Origin: a phage
Strand: one strand, 5' to 3'
NCBI GenBank assembly: GCA_021525805.1
Contig: GCA_021525805.1_3940.1
Length of the DNA: 64,000 nt
Shown here: positions 27,119-37,511 of the stretch, piece after piece
Position numbering within the stretch: position 1 is the stretch's first letter
Layout of the letters: the number at the start of each line of letters is the position of its first letter
Translations under genes and position numbers: made by a program
Notes under the pieces: generated by a model
What the model was told of the DNA's origin: nothing
Seen by the model: the letters and a program-made list of their open reading frames with translations, nothing else
Databases searched by the model: none

Positions 27119-27309
27119 TACTCAATATCAATAAGTTCTTGTGCAATGCTTTTCAGATTACCTTTCAAGAAAACCTTCTCAGAACCTGAAAGAGATGAAT
27201 TGTCAATTAACCTGTTCATTCTCTCAAACAACTTCTGCTTACGATTCTTGATAGTTTCCTTTGAAGCACCTTTCATCATCGCTGCATGGGTTCTTCCACG
27301 GTGACTCAT
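27100..27309 (-). CDS. Hypothetical small basic protein
   Basis: 69 aa ORF. Confidence 0.3.
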   Translation of the reverse strand: MSHRGRTHAAMMKGASKETIKNRKQKLFERMNRLIDNSSLSGSEKVFLKGNLKSIAQELIDIEYWRHQK

Positions 27310-27360
27310 AAGTCCTCCTATACAAGATATAGTATAAGGTACTCTTCCCTGAGCACCTTG

Positions 27361-27894
27361 TCAACTTAGTTTTGCAAACTCTCCGTGGAGTTTGATAGCA
27401 GCTTCACAGTAAGCTTTATGGGCTTCTTCAGGGGTGTCATGGTGACCTAAAAACATCTTCTTACCTTTATAACTTATCTGTGCGACCCACTTACCAGACT
27501 CCTTCTTAAGACTTACACCCTTGTACCCAGATTTATTGGTGACTGGTTTACCTTTATTCCAAGCACTTTGAAAGTCATCTGCTTCCCTTAAGTTTACAAT
27601 CCTGTTGTCAAGTGAGTCTCCGTTGATATGGTCAATGATACCTTTTGGCATCTTGCCATACACGTAAAGCCATGCGAGTCTGTGTGCTTTATGTGCTTTC
27701 TTGCCAAAATAGATACTAATCTGTTTATGACCACTTGAATCAGTCTGGATATTACCTGCCACCTTTCCTGCATAATTACTGTTAAAAACACTAACAGCTC
27801 TTGATTTACCTTCTCTACGAAGCCAAGTAAAGACCCCTGTTTCGGGGTCATAGTGCAGCAGCTCCTTTAAACGTTTTTGTAAAATTAAATCCAT
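27361..27894 (-). CDS. HNH homing endonuclease (paralog 1)
   Basis: HNH-type motif IDHINGDSLDNRIVNLR; paralogous to 37489-37980 with shared YDPETGVFTW segment; inserted between other genes. Confidence 0.6.
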   Translation of the reverse strand: MDLILQKRLKELLHYDPETGVFTWLRREGKSRAVSVFNSNYAGKVAGNIQTDSSGHKQISIYFGKKAHKAHRLAWLYVYGKMPKGIIDHINGDSLDNRIVNLREADDFQSAWNKGKPVTNKSGYKGVSLKKESGKWVAQISYKGKKMFLGHHDTPEEAHKAYCEAAIKLHGEFAKLS

Positions 27895-27897
27895 TAA

Positions 27898-30597
27898 TCA
27901 ATGTACCTCCAACCAGCTCTTGCCAACCTTTGCTGTACCAGTTACAAGTGTTTCTTTCCTCAAACCTAAGTTTTTTGAAGCTTGTCCATACATCCAGTCA
28001 GCAATTGCTTTCATATCCTGTGTCATACCCTCTGGACATTCCCAACTATTTTCATCGTGATATGCCAGAAGTAACCTTGCTCCGATAGCTGGTTTTCGAG
28101 CATTCAGTTTTGTCAGGCCATCTTCACAGGCTTTTCTTGCTGCTAGGTTGATGGCCTCATTCTGAATCTGTGCTTCCGAACTCATCAGGAGGTAGTTCAG
28201 TAGTTTATGTGGAGATTTGCACCATATCCATGCTCCAGCGACCCTGATATAACCACCTTTAGCAATTGAAGAATTCTTCCCAAAAACCTCTTCCAGAGCC
28301 TTTTTAGACGCCTTAAAATCGGCTTCTAAGCTATCAAGTAACTTCTTAATCTTTGGCAGACGCATATAGTAAGTTTGTTTAGTCAATGCACCCTCTTCCG
28401 TAGATGATGCCTTGATAGTTTTTGCAAACTTCTCGTCTCCGGCTCCAAATAACAGGGCGTAGATGCCATTTTTGCTCTTCTTACGACCTTTTGTAATCTC
28501 GTGAAGAAGTTCCTCATCCTGTGTCTCCCTGCAACGAACAATATCCTCTTCTTTGTTAAGACCAAAGTAAATACTGTTCAGTGTATGCGCATCAGTCCCT
28601 GTGTAGACTTCATAGAGGTCATTTTCAGCATCATAACGCAGATACTTGTCAGTTTCTGGGTTAAGATACTTGTCAAGATGTTTACAGTAGTATCTACCAT
28701 CATCTTGCTTAGTGAACTCCACTGACTCTTTACCCTCAGTTACCGCTTTAGTGAAGTCTTCATCACCCATAAAGTTACAAAGGAGAACTAGCTGGGCTGA
28801 GTTTTGGTCAACAGAAACAATGTTAGTCCCCTCTTCACAAATCCACACTGCCCTCATAGGTGCTCCGTAGACAGCAGCACCAGACGGTACGTTTACAATA
28901 CCATACTGTGTCATACGTCCAGTTGAAGTACCAAACACCATTGCACCAGCACTAAGGCGACCATCAGGACGAATCTGGTTCAACCAACCTTTTTCATCAT
29001 CCTTTGAGTTCTCAATAGTTCTGCGTCGGTGCATCAAAGTATAGTATTTAGCAATCTTCTGTCCAAGCTCACCTTCAATTGTATCATAAGATGATTCAGT
29101 AAGCTTTGGTGAAGTACGGATTAAGCAAGGCTCAAGCAAATCTGTGTATTTCTTCACAGACCAGTTATGCTCAATGTACTGTACACCTTCATGCTCAACA
29201 TAGCTCAAACCACACCGCTCAACCATTTCCTGCCACTTAGGATGCTTTGTAATCATCTTTTTATTGTCTTTGAAACGACAAACCTTAACAGGACGACCAT
29301 CTGAGTCTTTCTTGTAGTTCCAGTCATCTGGAATCCAACCAACTGATTTCAAGTAGTCTTTAACAACTGCTACCTGAGTCATACGAGAAACTTCGAACTC
29401 AATTGGTGTATATGGTGCATCAATCAAACCTGTGTAGCGACTTGACTCAAGTTCAAAGTGATTGACAACGTGACTGTTATAGTACTTCACAGTCTTGACT
29501 GTTTTTACTGGTTTCCAGTCTTTGCATTTTTTGCCAATCTTTGCATTCAACTCGTTGCAGATTGCACGAGCATCCTTCATTGCTACAAAGCCTTCCTTGT
29601 ATTCTTCACCAGTTACAGTGTTGGTTGGCGTATAGCAATTCCTTTTTTCAATGTTAAAAATCTTTGTAGTTGGCTTACCAAATGGCTTGATTTCATATGT
29701 CTGCATCTCACCGTTACGTACCTGCTGACGATACTTTGTCTTAGGGTACTTGGTAATTCTTTTCAGTCCATCTGCATGACCGAATGTTTCAACATACTCA
29801 TTCCAAGCTTTTGCAAACTCTTCTCCAGTGACTTTACCTTTGGTCTTAATAGTTGGAGGTAGATGTGGTTCAACCTCTGAAGCAAGCTCATTAGTCAACT
29901 TGTCAAGTTCCTTTACATGGAACTCCATAAGCTCTTTATCAGCTTTCCAGCCATTGATAGCTTGTTGACTCATCCAGAAAGATGTTTCTTTAGCTCGCAT
30001 GTAGGTTTCATAAGTGTCTATGCCACACTTCTTAAGCTTGAGATATTCATTATCAAGTGCCCGTTTAGTTTTGGCGTTAATACGGATATCTTCTACAACA
30101 CGAGTGAAGATTTCTGCATTCCACACACCCCAATGTTCAATCTCTGGTTTACGAACACCAACACGAGCACCCCATGCAGCCAAACCATGAGCACCTTTAT
30201 AACCCTTTGGAGTTGGTCTATCCATCCACTGAACACGAGACTGGATAAGAGAATCCTGAAAGAAATTACTCCACGGTTTACACTTTGGATTATCAAAGTT
30301 CCATAAATCAGGTGCAATGTGATTGAAAACCCACCAGTCATAACCGAGGCCGTTATGGATGCAAAGTCGTTTTGCCTTTAACGCAAACTCAACACCTTCA
30401 CGTAAACCACCCTTGATGTACTTAGTGTACTTGTGACCGAGGATAGGCTCATCTGTAAAGACCCATACAGGTGGCTCTTCATCGTCAGATTTATAATCTG
30501 CGAAAGCCATTACGTGCACTTTAGTGAACTCAAGGAGTAAACCATCAGTTTCTGTATCACCAACTAAATGTAAGTTTTTAAAATCTACGTTTTCCAT
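27898..30597 (-). CDS. DNA polymerase, family A (Pol I-like) with 3'-5' exonuclease domain
   Basis: Exo I motif GDTETDGL; family A motif A-like VSVDQNSAQL, motif B-like RKKSKNGIYALLFG, motif C-like YHDE. Start at 30597 (ATG after AGGGAG) preferred over track start 30627. Confidence 0.8.
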   Translation of the reverse strand: MENVDFKNLHLVGDTETDGLLLEFTKVHVMAFADYKSDDEEPPVWVFTDEPILGHKYTKYIKGGLREGVEFALKAKRLCIHNGLGYDWWVFNHIAPDLWNFDNPKCKPWSNFFQDSLIQSRVQWMDRPTPKGYKGAHGLAAWGARVGVRKPEIEHWGVWNAEIFTRVVEDIRINAKTKRALDNEYLKLKKCGIDTYETYMRAKETSFWMSQQAINGWKADKELMEFHVKELDKLTNELASEVEPHLPPTIKTKGKVTGEEFAKAWNEYVETFGHADGLKRITKYPKTKYRQQVRNGEMQTYEIKPFGKPTTKIFNIEKRNCYTPTNTVTGEEYKEGFVAMKDARAICNELNAKIGKKCKDWKPVKTVKTVKYYNSHVVNHFELESSRYTGLIDAPYTPIEFEVSRMTQVAVVKDYLKSVGWIPDDWNYKKDSDGRPVKVCRFKDNKKMITKHPKWQEMVERCGLSYVEHEGVQYIEHNWSVKKYTDLLEPCLIRTSPKLTESSYDTIEGELGQKIAKYYTLMHRRRTIENSKDDEKGWLNQIRPDGRLSAGAMVFGTSTGRMTQYGIVNVPSGAAVYGAPMRAVWICEEGTNIVSVDQNSAQLVLLCNFMGDEDFTKAVTEGKESVEFTKQDDGRYYCKHLDKYLNPETDKYLRYDAENDLYEVYTGTDAHTLNSIYFGLNKEEDIVRCRETQDEELLHEITKGRKKSKNGIYALLFGAGDEKFAKTIKASSTEEGALTKQTYYMRLPKIKKLLDSLEADFKASKKALEEVFGKNSSIAKGGYIRVAGAWIWCKSPHKLLNYLLMSSEAQIQNEAINLAARKACEDGLTKLNARKPAIGARLLLAYHDENSWECPEGMTQDMKAIADWMYGQASKNLGLRKETLVTGTAKVGKSWLEVH

Positions 30598-30657
30598 TTT
30601 TACTCCCTCTAAAATCATTAACCTCATACATTACTGCAAAAAATTATAAAAAGCAAG

Positions 30658-30686
30658 TTGACAATGCACTTGACAAGGTGTTAATC
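30658..30686 (+). promoter_or_regulatory. Candidate sigma70-like promoter in divergent intergenic region
   Basis: TTGACA, 17 bp spacer, TTAATC; weak -10. Confidence 0.25.
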
Positions 30687-30854
30687 TTTGCGAAGTGGGT
30701 TTTTACTTAAAAGGTTACTTAACAGTTTAACTATACAGATACTTTAAAACTCTTAAAAGATTATTTAATAGCTTTTAAAAAGCTTTAAAGTATAACGTAT
30801 AGAATACGTTAAGATAAAAGATTAAAACTTAATAGTTACTTAAAAGAGGCTTAC

Positions 30855-31277
30855 ATGCAGAAAATGTTTGTTCACCCAGACATAGCTGACTTTGTTAGAG
30901 CTTTGCAGAAGTTGGAAGAACTTGACATTGCTGCTCAACGGGAATATGCTCACCATCACAGGAGAATGGTTGATATACAACATGAAATAGAGTTGTCTGA
31001 AAACTATGAAGATGACTTAAAATGCTCTGTATTTGAGCATATGAAAGATGTTGCTACAGCGAGACGTAAAGCTAAAGACACAGTTGCTTTACTAGATTCT
31101 CTTAAAAAGAGGTTGCAAAGTGGTACAGACCTGTGTAATCTAGCGTCACTGATTAACGATGTTGAAACTTCTTGTGATAGGCACTATTATCCACGTTCTG
31201 AAAAGACACTTGACTTTTCTTCATCCGAAAACTTAAAATGTTCTAGAAAGAAACTCAACCAACTGAGAGAGAAATAA
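30855..31277 (+). CDS. Hypothetical protein
   Basis: 140 aa ORF opening rightward operon. Confidence 0.4.
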   Translation: MQKMFVHPDIADFVRALQKLEELDIAAQREYAHHHRRMVDIQHEIELSENYEDDLKCSVFEHMKDVATARRKAKDTVALLDSLKKRLQSGTDLCNLASLINDVETSCDRHYYPRSEKTLDFSSSENLKCSRKKLNQLREK

Positions 31278-31278
31278 T

Positions 31279-32079
31279 ATGAATATCAATGTAGAAAAGA
31301 TGCTTGAAGAAAAAGGTATTGACGAAGCGTTCTTAATCAATGCCGTAGAAAGCATGGCTATGATTCTTCGTGGCAACAACTACACAGAACAGTTTATGCC
31401 TGCAAGCTATAACTTGCCTGAAGACAAGTCTGATAACGGTGCTTTTGCAGAACAGGTCAACATGATGCTTTGCGACAAAACACTTGCTTTAGCATCTATC
31501 GTTGTAGGTGTTGATGCTCTTGCAGAGTTCATTTTTTATGAGATGCAGAAAAATGACTATATTGCCATGACCACTGAAGAAAAAGACTTGCTACTACTCG
31601 CAGGTAATGATGAACTAATTGACCTGTTAATTTCATCAACTAGTGCTGTTATGGCTGCTCTTGAGAAGCGCATGGAAGAGAAACTTTCACGATATGAAAA
31701 ACTTGATTGGGGTGTAGAAGAATTAAACCCACGAATCAAAGAGATTATCCAGCAAACTAAAGAGTCTTTGGAAGAAGCTGTTGAGAATGACTCTGTAGCT
31801 GACATCGAACCACTTCAGGTGAAAGTTGCACTGATGATTCCAGCTATCTCTACGATGATGAATATCGTTGCGCTAGTCCAACTGTCACAGATGATGAGTG
31901 TGAGTATTGAGTTCATTGAGGAGATGACTGGTGGTGTCAGTATGCAAGCAATCAACGATGTTTTGGTGAACATTGGTGCTTCCATCATTGAAGAGAAACT
32001 ACGCATTAACTTCGGTGATGATTTTGTGAAGCAACTTTCAGCTATGGCTGAAAAAGAGTCTGCTGAGCAACTGCACTAA
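31279..32079 (+). CDS. Hypothetical acidic protein
   Basis: 266 aa ORF followed by terminator. Confidence 0.4.
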   Translation: MNINVEKMLEEKGIDEAFLINAVESMAMILRGNNYTEQFMPASYNLPEDKSDNGAFAEQVNMMLCDKTLALASIVVGVDALAEFIFYEMQKNDYIAMTTEEKDLLLLAGNDELIDLLISSTSAVMAALEKRMEEKLSRYEKLDWGVEELNPRIKEIIQQTKESLEEAVENDSVADIEPLQVKVALMIPAISTMMNIVALVQLSQMMSVSIEFIEEMTGGVSMQAINDVLVNIGASIIEEKLRINFGDDFVKQLSAMAEKESAEQLH

Positions 32080-32097
32080 GTCTTTATAAATTTTACA

Positions 32098-32122
32098 AGC
32101 CTCCTTAGTTGGGGGCTTTTTA
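32098..32122 (+). terminator. Rho-independent terminator
   Basis: Hairpin agcctcc/gggggct followed by T-run. Confidence 0.5.
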
Positions 32123-32140
32123 GTAATTAAGGGAGTTAAA

Positions 32141-32884
32141 ATGAGTAATATTATTGCATTTACTGGAAAGGCACGTTCTGGAAAAGACACCTCGTGTTCT
32201 ATTGTGAAGAATATCTTAGAGGATGAGTACGGCTACAATGTTGCAGTAATGGCCTTTGCAGACAACCTTAAACTATCTGCATCAAAGATATTTGACCTGA
32301 CTTGGAATGACCTGTATGGTGAAACTAAAGAGACTCCACAGGTATTTGACTTATCATATCCTGAACTGATGTTTAAAGTTACGGAAGCTATGGAGTTCAC
32401 CTTCAGAGATGAACGTTACCATATGGACTTCAAGCTTATGTCAGAGTTAACCGGACGATTAATCATGGAGCTTAAGAAGGTTGCTAAACCGACTCTATTG
32501 ACACGTCTGGGTTTTAGCAAAAAGTATAAATTCTCATCAAGACAAATTCAACAGATTTGGGGCACTGAAGTTATCCGTAAAGTTATGGGTGACAAGTTCT
32601 GGTCTAAAGACCTTGAAAAAAGAATGGTTAGATTCCATGAAAGTTGTTCACTTAGAAATCAATATGGTTTTGTCTTAATCAGTGATTTAAGATTTGACTC
32701 TGAAGTTGAGTGGCTGAGTAGATTTGCACACCAAACCATTGAAGTAAAAAGAGACAATGTTGGCAAAGTTTCATCACATGTTTCAGAAAATGGGATTTCT
32801 ACCAAATATGCGCGTGACATTATCCATAATAATGGTACTCTTATAGACCTTGAGAACAAGCTAAGAGCCATCATTAAAGTTTAA
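32141..32884 (+). CDS. Deoxynucleoside monophosphate kinase-like P-loop protein
   Basis: N-terminal GKARSGKDT P-loop, as in phage dNMP kinases. Confidence 0.5.
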   Translation: MSNIIAFTGKARSGKDTSCSIVKNILEDEYGYNVAVMAFADNLKLSASKIFDLTWNDLYGETKETPQVFDLSYPELMFKVTEAMEFTFRDERYHMDFKLMSELTGRLIMELKKVAKPTLLTRLGFSKKYKFSSRQIQQIWGTEVIRKVMGDKFWSKDLEKRMVRFHESCSLRNQYGFVLISDLRFDSEVEWLSRFAHQTIEVKRDNVGKVSSHVSENGISTKYARDIIHNNGTLIDLENKLRAIIKV

Positions 32885-32892
32885 AAGAGAGA

Positions 32893-33093
32893 ATGAAGAT
32901 GAGAGTAAAAGACAATTTTAAAGTTATTGACTACCGTTTAGTGGAACTCTCATCTCTTTCCGATGAGGTGATGATTGAACGCCTTAAGAGAGTTGAATCA
33001 CGAAGGAAAGAGATTGCAGATGAAATTCATGAACTGGACAAGATTGAAAATGGATTGAAGGCAGAACTACAACGAAGAGGTGCTAATGTCTAA
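32893..33093 (+). CDS. Small coiled-coil protein
   Basis: 66 aa ORF. Confidence 0.3.
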   Translation: MKMRVKDNFKVIDYRLVELSSLSDEVMIERLKRVESRRKEIADEIHELDKIENGLKAELQRRGANV

Positions 33094-35071
33094 AGGTCGT
33101 AAATTGAAAGAGGCTGGTCAGTTTATTGGTCATTGTGCATGTCCACGTTGTGGTTCATCAGATGCTGGTTCAATCTATCATCATGACGATGATTCTTATT
33201 CTATGACTTGCTTTAGCTGTAACAAAGGTTTCCCAGAGTGGGATTTTGATAAAGGACAAATCGTGAGCACTTATTCTACTGGTTCAGATAACAAAAACCG
33301 TACTTTCCGTGGAATGGATTTAGACGATGTAAAAGAAAACCTAGAAGCAATGGACTTGAAAGATAGGAAGATTCCTGCAAAAGTCCTTGAACGCTTAGGT
33401 ATCAAGGTTGACATTGACAGTGACGGTGAAATTGATGCACATTTCTACCCAACTTACAAACGCAATGAAGATGGTAAGCTAGAGCATGTTGGCTACCGTG
33501 TTCGTCACCGTTATCCCGAAGACCATCCAAAAGAACACCTACGTGGTAAGCTAAAAGACTTCTCAGGTGGTGTTGGAGACATTAAAGGTGAACTGGCAAT
33601 GTTCGGTTCATGGATTGCTCCAGAAGGTGGTAACCGTCTATTCATCTGGGAAGGTGAGATGGAATGTGCGACAGCAATCTATATGACTTCTCTTGCGATT
33701 AAGGACAAGTCTCGTCGTAAGAATTACTGTCACGTATCTGTCCCATCAGGTGCAAACATTAAGTCTATCAAAGACAACTATCAGTACATCACATCATTTG
33801 ATGAGATTTACTTGTGCTTTGATAATGATGAAGCAGGTGCTAAAGCCACTAAAGAGGCTGCTGGCATTCTCCCTATCGAGAAGGTTCGTTTATTCCAGTA
33901 TCCAGAGGGTGTGAAAGACCTTAACGAGTGGTGGACAAAGTTCTATAAAGAGAAAGATACAGTTCTGGAAGGATTTAAGCAGCGTATCTACAACGCACCT
34001 CGTTACTGCCCTGCTGGTATCAAGAACTTTGCAGACGGTTTTGAGGCAATGAAGAATCGTGGTCAGATTCCATTGATTCCTTTCCCAGAATCTTTCGGGG
34101 ATTTGAACAGACTGACTTATGGTGGTTACGGTTTAGGTGAGATTACAACTCTGGCAGCACCATCCTCAGTAGGTAAATCAGCTTACACCCGTGAAATGAT
34201 TTACACTGCTTGGAAAGAAACTGATTATAATATTGGTGTAATTCCTGTAGAAGATACCTATGAAGAGTTGATGGAGATGCTCTGTGCAATCCACCTTAGC
34301 AAGCAGATTTCTGAGATTCCTTATGATGAACGTGATTGGGATGAATTGAAGGAGGCACACGCAGAACTGTCTAAAGGTCGTCGTATCCACATCGTTGACC
34401 ATCAAGGGGCAATTGACCAAGATAACTTGCTGGAATTTGTTGACTATCTTGTTAATAGTTTAGACTGTAAGATTATTATTCTTGACCCTATTACGTTGGC
34501 TCTGTCACGTTCAGATACGGATGAAGAGGAAGTTTTGTCTGAGCTATTGCGTCGTTGTAAACGCTACCAGTATGCACAGGTTAACGTCTGTCACGTTCGT
34601 AAGAGTGCAGGTGGTCAGAAGGCTAACTCTGAAGGTGGGGATATCTCTGAAGAGGATATTAAAGGTTCTGGTGCGTATTTCCAGATTTCTATGAACAACA
34701 TCCTGTTAATGCGTAACAAGGTTGACCCAGACCCTGTTAAGAAAAACTTGACAAAAATCAAGCTAACTAAATGTCGTCGTCACGGTAAGTCAACGGGTAT
34801 TGCTGGCCATACTTGGTACAATCCAGACACAGGACGTCTTATCAAAGCATCGGGTTGTGGAGTTGACATTGATGGTGCAGCAGAAAATATTCGTCAACAG
34901 TTTGGTATTGGTGAAGCTGAAGACCATTATGATGACTCTTTGCCTCATTATGAGGATGAAGTGTTTGACCGTGAAACTGGTGAAGTCTATACTGATGAGC
35001 AGCGTCAAAGCTCAACGATTCCACCTGTATTAAGTGAGGATGCAGATGACTGCCCGTTCGAAACTGAGTGA
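33080..35071 (+). CDS. Primase-helicase (zinc-ribbon primase, TOPRIM, DnaB-like helicase)
   Basis: N-terminal CxxC...CxxC zinc ribbon (CACPRCG ... CFSCNKG); Walker A-like SSVGKSAY in C-terminal helicase half; T7 gp4-like architecture. Confidence 0.75.
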   Translation: MLMSKGRKLKEAGQFIGHCACPRCGSSDAGSIYHHDDDSYSMTCFSCNKGFPEWDFDKGQIVSTYSTGSDNKNRTFRGMDLDDVKENLEAMDLKDRKIPAKVLERLGIKVDIDSDGEIDAHFYPTYKRNEDGKLEHVGYRVRHRYPEDHPKEHLRGKLKDFSGGVGDIKGELAMFGSWIAPEGGNRLFIWEGEMECATAIYMTSLAIKDKSRRKNYCHVSVPSGANIKSIKDNYQYITSFDEIYLCFDNDEAGAKATKEAAGILPIEKVRLFQYPEGVKDLNEWWTKFYKEKDTVLEGFKQRIYNAPRYCPAGIKNFADGFEAMKNRGQIPLIPFPESFGDLNRLTYGGYGLGEITTLAAPSSVGKSAYTREMIYTAWKETDYNIGVIPVEDTYEELMEMLCAIHLSKQISEIPYDERDWDELKEAHAELSKGRRIHIVDHQGAIDQDNLLEFVDYLVNSLDCKIIILDPITLALSRSDTDEEEVLSELLRRCKRYQYAQVNVCHVRKSAGGQKANSEGGDISEEDIKGSGAYFQISMNNILLMRNKVDPDPVKKNLTKIKLTKCRRHGKSTGIAGHTWYNPDTGRLIKASGCGVDIDGAAENIRQQFGIGEAEDHYDDSLPHYEDEVFDRETGEVYTDEQRQSSTIPPVLSEDADDCPFETE

Positions 35072-35323
35072 TAGCTATAAAAGAGAGGGGTTCATACCCT
35101 TCTTTGAAGAAAAAAGTTTAAATAAATTTCAGGAAGAGTGTTTGACAAAGGTTGATAGGTTCTATAGAATGCTCTACATGAAATGTGATGGGGGTGTCGA
35201 AGTAGAGAAAAAGTACTATCACAATACTGTCACAGTCATCATCACTATACCTGAACATAATATTGGTTGGCTGTTTGTAATAAAAGAAAATGTGTTTGAA
35301 TATCAAGTATATCGGAGAATATC

Positions 35324-35473
35324 ATGAAACACTCTAAAGCATTTGAAAAAGTTTTTGGGGATTCCTTAAAAGCCACTGCTGGAAAACCAGCAAAATACTA
35401 TGAAGAGAAGCGTGTAAGAACTGGAAAAACTGCACGTAAAGCAGCTTCTAAAGATAAGCACAACTTCCAGTAA
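35324..35473 (+). CDS. Small basic protein (49 aa; not in ORF track)
   Basis: ATG at 35324 with GGAG 6 nt upstream; reads MKHSKAFEKVFGDSLKATAGKPAKYYEEKRVRTGKTARKAASKDKHNFQ. Confidence 0.3.
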   Translation: MKHSKAFEKVFGDSLKATAGKPAKYYEEKRVRTGKTARKAASKDKHNFQ

Positions 35474-35480
35474 TTAATGT

Positions 35481-35509
35481 TTGACAATAGAGTATCAACA
35501 AATTAGAAT
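35481..35509 (+). promoter_or_regulatory. Sigma70-like promoter
   Basis: TTGACA, 17 bp spacer, TAGAAT upstream of SSB-like gene. Confidence 0.5.
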
Positions 35510-35545
35510 TGGTACTCTTCATAAATTGAGATAGAGGTTTAAATA

Positions 35546-36403
35546 ATGTCTAAAGTTGTTAAAATGAAAGCTCCGGTAGAGAAGTACAACGGTACTGAAC
35601 GTCAAACTCTGCGTTACCTTCTGAAAGATGTCTGGTTTTATTACCTGAACACTTCACCACGTCCGGGAAAAGGTAAGTCTATTGATAAGAAATTTCCAGG
35701 CAAAGATTGTAACTACAGCGTATCAATTCTGGCAGAAGACGGTAACAAACTGTTTAAAGAGTTTACTAAGTCTAAGAAAAATCCAGAAGGCTGGGATAAA
35801 GTCACTACTGAAGCAGTTGATGCAGACGACTTTGAAGAGAAGTTTGGTTGTAAACCACCTTTTGAAGCAGACACTTACTACATCTTGAAAGTAAGTCGTG
35901 CAGCAGCTTATAAAGATGGTGCTGTATGGACAGCTAAACAGTCATTCCCTGTAATGCTGATTGAAGAAGTAAATGGTAAGCGTGTAGCTGTTAAGCAGCC
36001 GATGAAGAAAATCAAAGCTCAAGCATCTGACAAACACGAAGATGACAAGAACTATGATGTAATTCATCCAGATATTGCAGTTGGTAACGGTTCTTTTGGT
36101 AGTGTGATTCTTTCTACTCACTTCTACACTTTTGAGAACAATGTTCTGACAAAACCTATTCAGGAACAGTTTATCATTGATACTCTTGTACCTTACACTG
36201 GTGGTAACGGTGCTAATGGTGAACCTGAACTGGATGAAGATGAACTAGCTATGCTTGGTCTTGATGGTGTTGAAGATAACGGTGAAATCACTGAAGAAGA
36301 CGCAACAGACCATAAATCTTCGAATGATTCTGATGATGGTGATGATGAAGACTTGCCAGACCCAGATGACGAAGAAGATGAAGACTTCGATACAGAAGAT
36401 TAA
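35546..36403 (+). CDS. Single-stranded DNA-binding protein (candidate) with acidic C-terminal tail
   Basis: C-terminus DDGDDEDLPDPDDEEDEDFDTED resembles acidic tails of phage SSBs; sits in replication module. Confidence 0.45.
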   Translation: MSKVVKMKAPVEKYNGTERQTLRYLLKDVWFYYLNTSPRPGKGKSIDKKFPGKDCNYSVSILAEDGNKLFKEFTKSKKNPEGWDKVTTEAVDADDFEEKFGCKPPFEADTYYILKVSRAAAYKDGAVWTAKQSFPVMLIEEVNGKRVAVKQPMKKIKAQASDKHEDDKNYDVIHPDIAVGNGSFGSVILSTHFYTFENNVLTKPIQEQFIIDTLVPYTGGNGANGEPELDEDELAMLGLDGVEDNGEITEEDATDHKSSNDSDDGDDEDLPDPDDEEDEDFDTED

Positions 36404-36420
36404 TCTCTAAAGTTACTTTA

Positions 36421-36449
36421 AAGCCCTGTACTCCGTATGGGGCTTTTTC
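36421..36449 (+). terminator. Rho-independent terminator
   Basis: Hairpin aagccc/gggctt followed by TTTTT. Confidence 0.5.
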
Positions 36450-36464
36450 ATATGGAGAGCCATA

Positions 36465-37511
36465 ATGGAGAAGTACACATTAACAAAACTTCCCGATTCA
36501 GTTACACATGTTTTTATTGACTCTGACAGTATTGCCTATAAAGGTGCTTGTGTAGTTGAGAAAGCAAAGTATAAATATGTCAATAAACTCACAGCAGAAG
36601 AGTCTGAACCATTTGATAATGCGAAAGATGCTGCAAGATGGTTAGCAGACCAGAGAATCCTTGTGGAAGAGCTTGGCCTGACATTTGATGAAGATGAATG
36701 GGAAAGACAGACTTGGAAAGAAGCTAAGAGTGAAAAAGAAGCTATCATGGCTACTCAACAGGTGCTTCAGGAATGGCTTAAGGTTGTTGGTAAAGAAAGA
36801 ACTTGGGTAGGTTATTTAACAGAGAAGGGTGTGCATAAACATAAAGACATTAAAGGTCTTGAGCACCAATATCAAGGTAATCGTAAAGATGCTGTCACAC
36901 CAACACACTTAGTTGCTTGTCGTGAGTATCTTCTGTCAAGACCAGAGTTCAAATTGATTCTTGATGGATTTGAAGCTGACTCTATCGTAATTGCTAAAGC
37001 TGAAAAGATGGGTAAAAAGGCTGCCTTAATGAGTATTGATAAAGACCTTCGACAAGCTGAAGGGACTTACTGTATTGATATGACTTATGAAAAGTCGCCT
37101 TTGATTTTCATTGCTGATAACAACGTTGGTGAAATTTGGGATTGTCCAATAAAATCGACACCAAAAGCTAAGAAGACAGTTGGGGTAGGTTTTAAATTTC
37201 TTTGTTACCAAGCTGTGGCTGGTGATAATGCGGATAACTATTTTGGTTTAAAGGGCGTTGGTAAGGCTGCTGTAATGAAAGCCCTTGAAGGTAAAACTAC
37301 TTACAAAGAGTGTCTTGATGCTATCTATGAACTTTATGCTAAGAAAGAGTCATACACTTATGTCTCGTGGGATGGTCAAACAATTACCAGAACACCTTTA
37401 GAGTTAATGCAGCAACACTTTTTCTTAGCTTATCAGGAAAGAAACAAGAAAGACGATTTTACTTTTGATAAGTATGGGTGGACACCAAATGTTAACTCAA
37501 CAAACTCTTAA
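36465..37511 (+). CDS. 5'-3' exonuclease / flap endonuclease (RNase H-like)
   Basis: N-terminal acidic cluster VFIDSDSIAY; helix-hairpin-helix-like GLKGVGKAAV. Confidence 0.55.
   Translation: MEKYTLTKLPDSVTHVFIDSDSIAYKGACVVEKAKYKYVNKLTAEESEPFDNAKDAARWLADQRILVEELGLTFDEDEWERQTWKEAKSEKEAIMATQQVLQEWLKVVGKERTWVGYLTEKGVHKHKDIKGLEHQYQGNRKDAVTPTHLVACREYLLSRPEFKLILDGFEADSIVIAKAEKMGKKAALMSIDKDLRQAEGTYCIDMTYEKSPLIFIADNNVGEIWDCPIKSTPKAKKTVGVGFKFLCYQAVAGDNADNYFGLKGVGKAAVMKALEGKTTYKECLDAIYELYAKKESYTYVSWDGQTITRTPLELMQQHFFLAYQERNKKDDFTFDKYGWTPNVNSTNS

Noticed and set aside
35034-35327. 97 aa ORF overlapping the end of the primase-helicase gene.
   Set aside because: Overlaps the helicase 3' end and the better-supported small ORF at 35324; no clear RBS. 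Not called as a gene, though not excluded.
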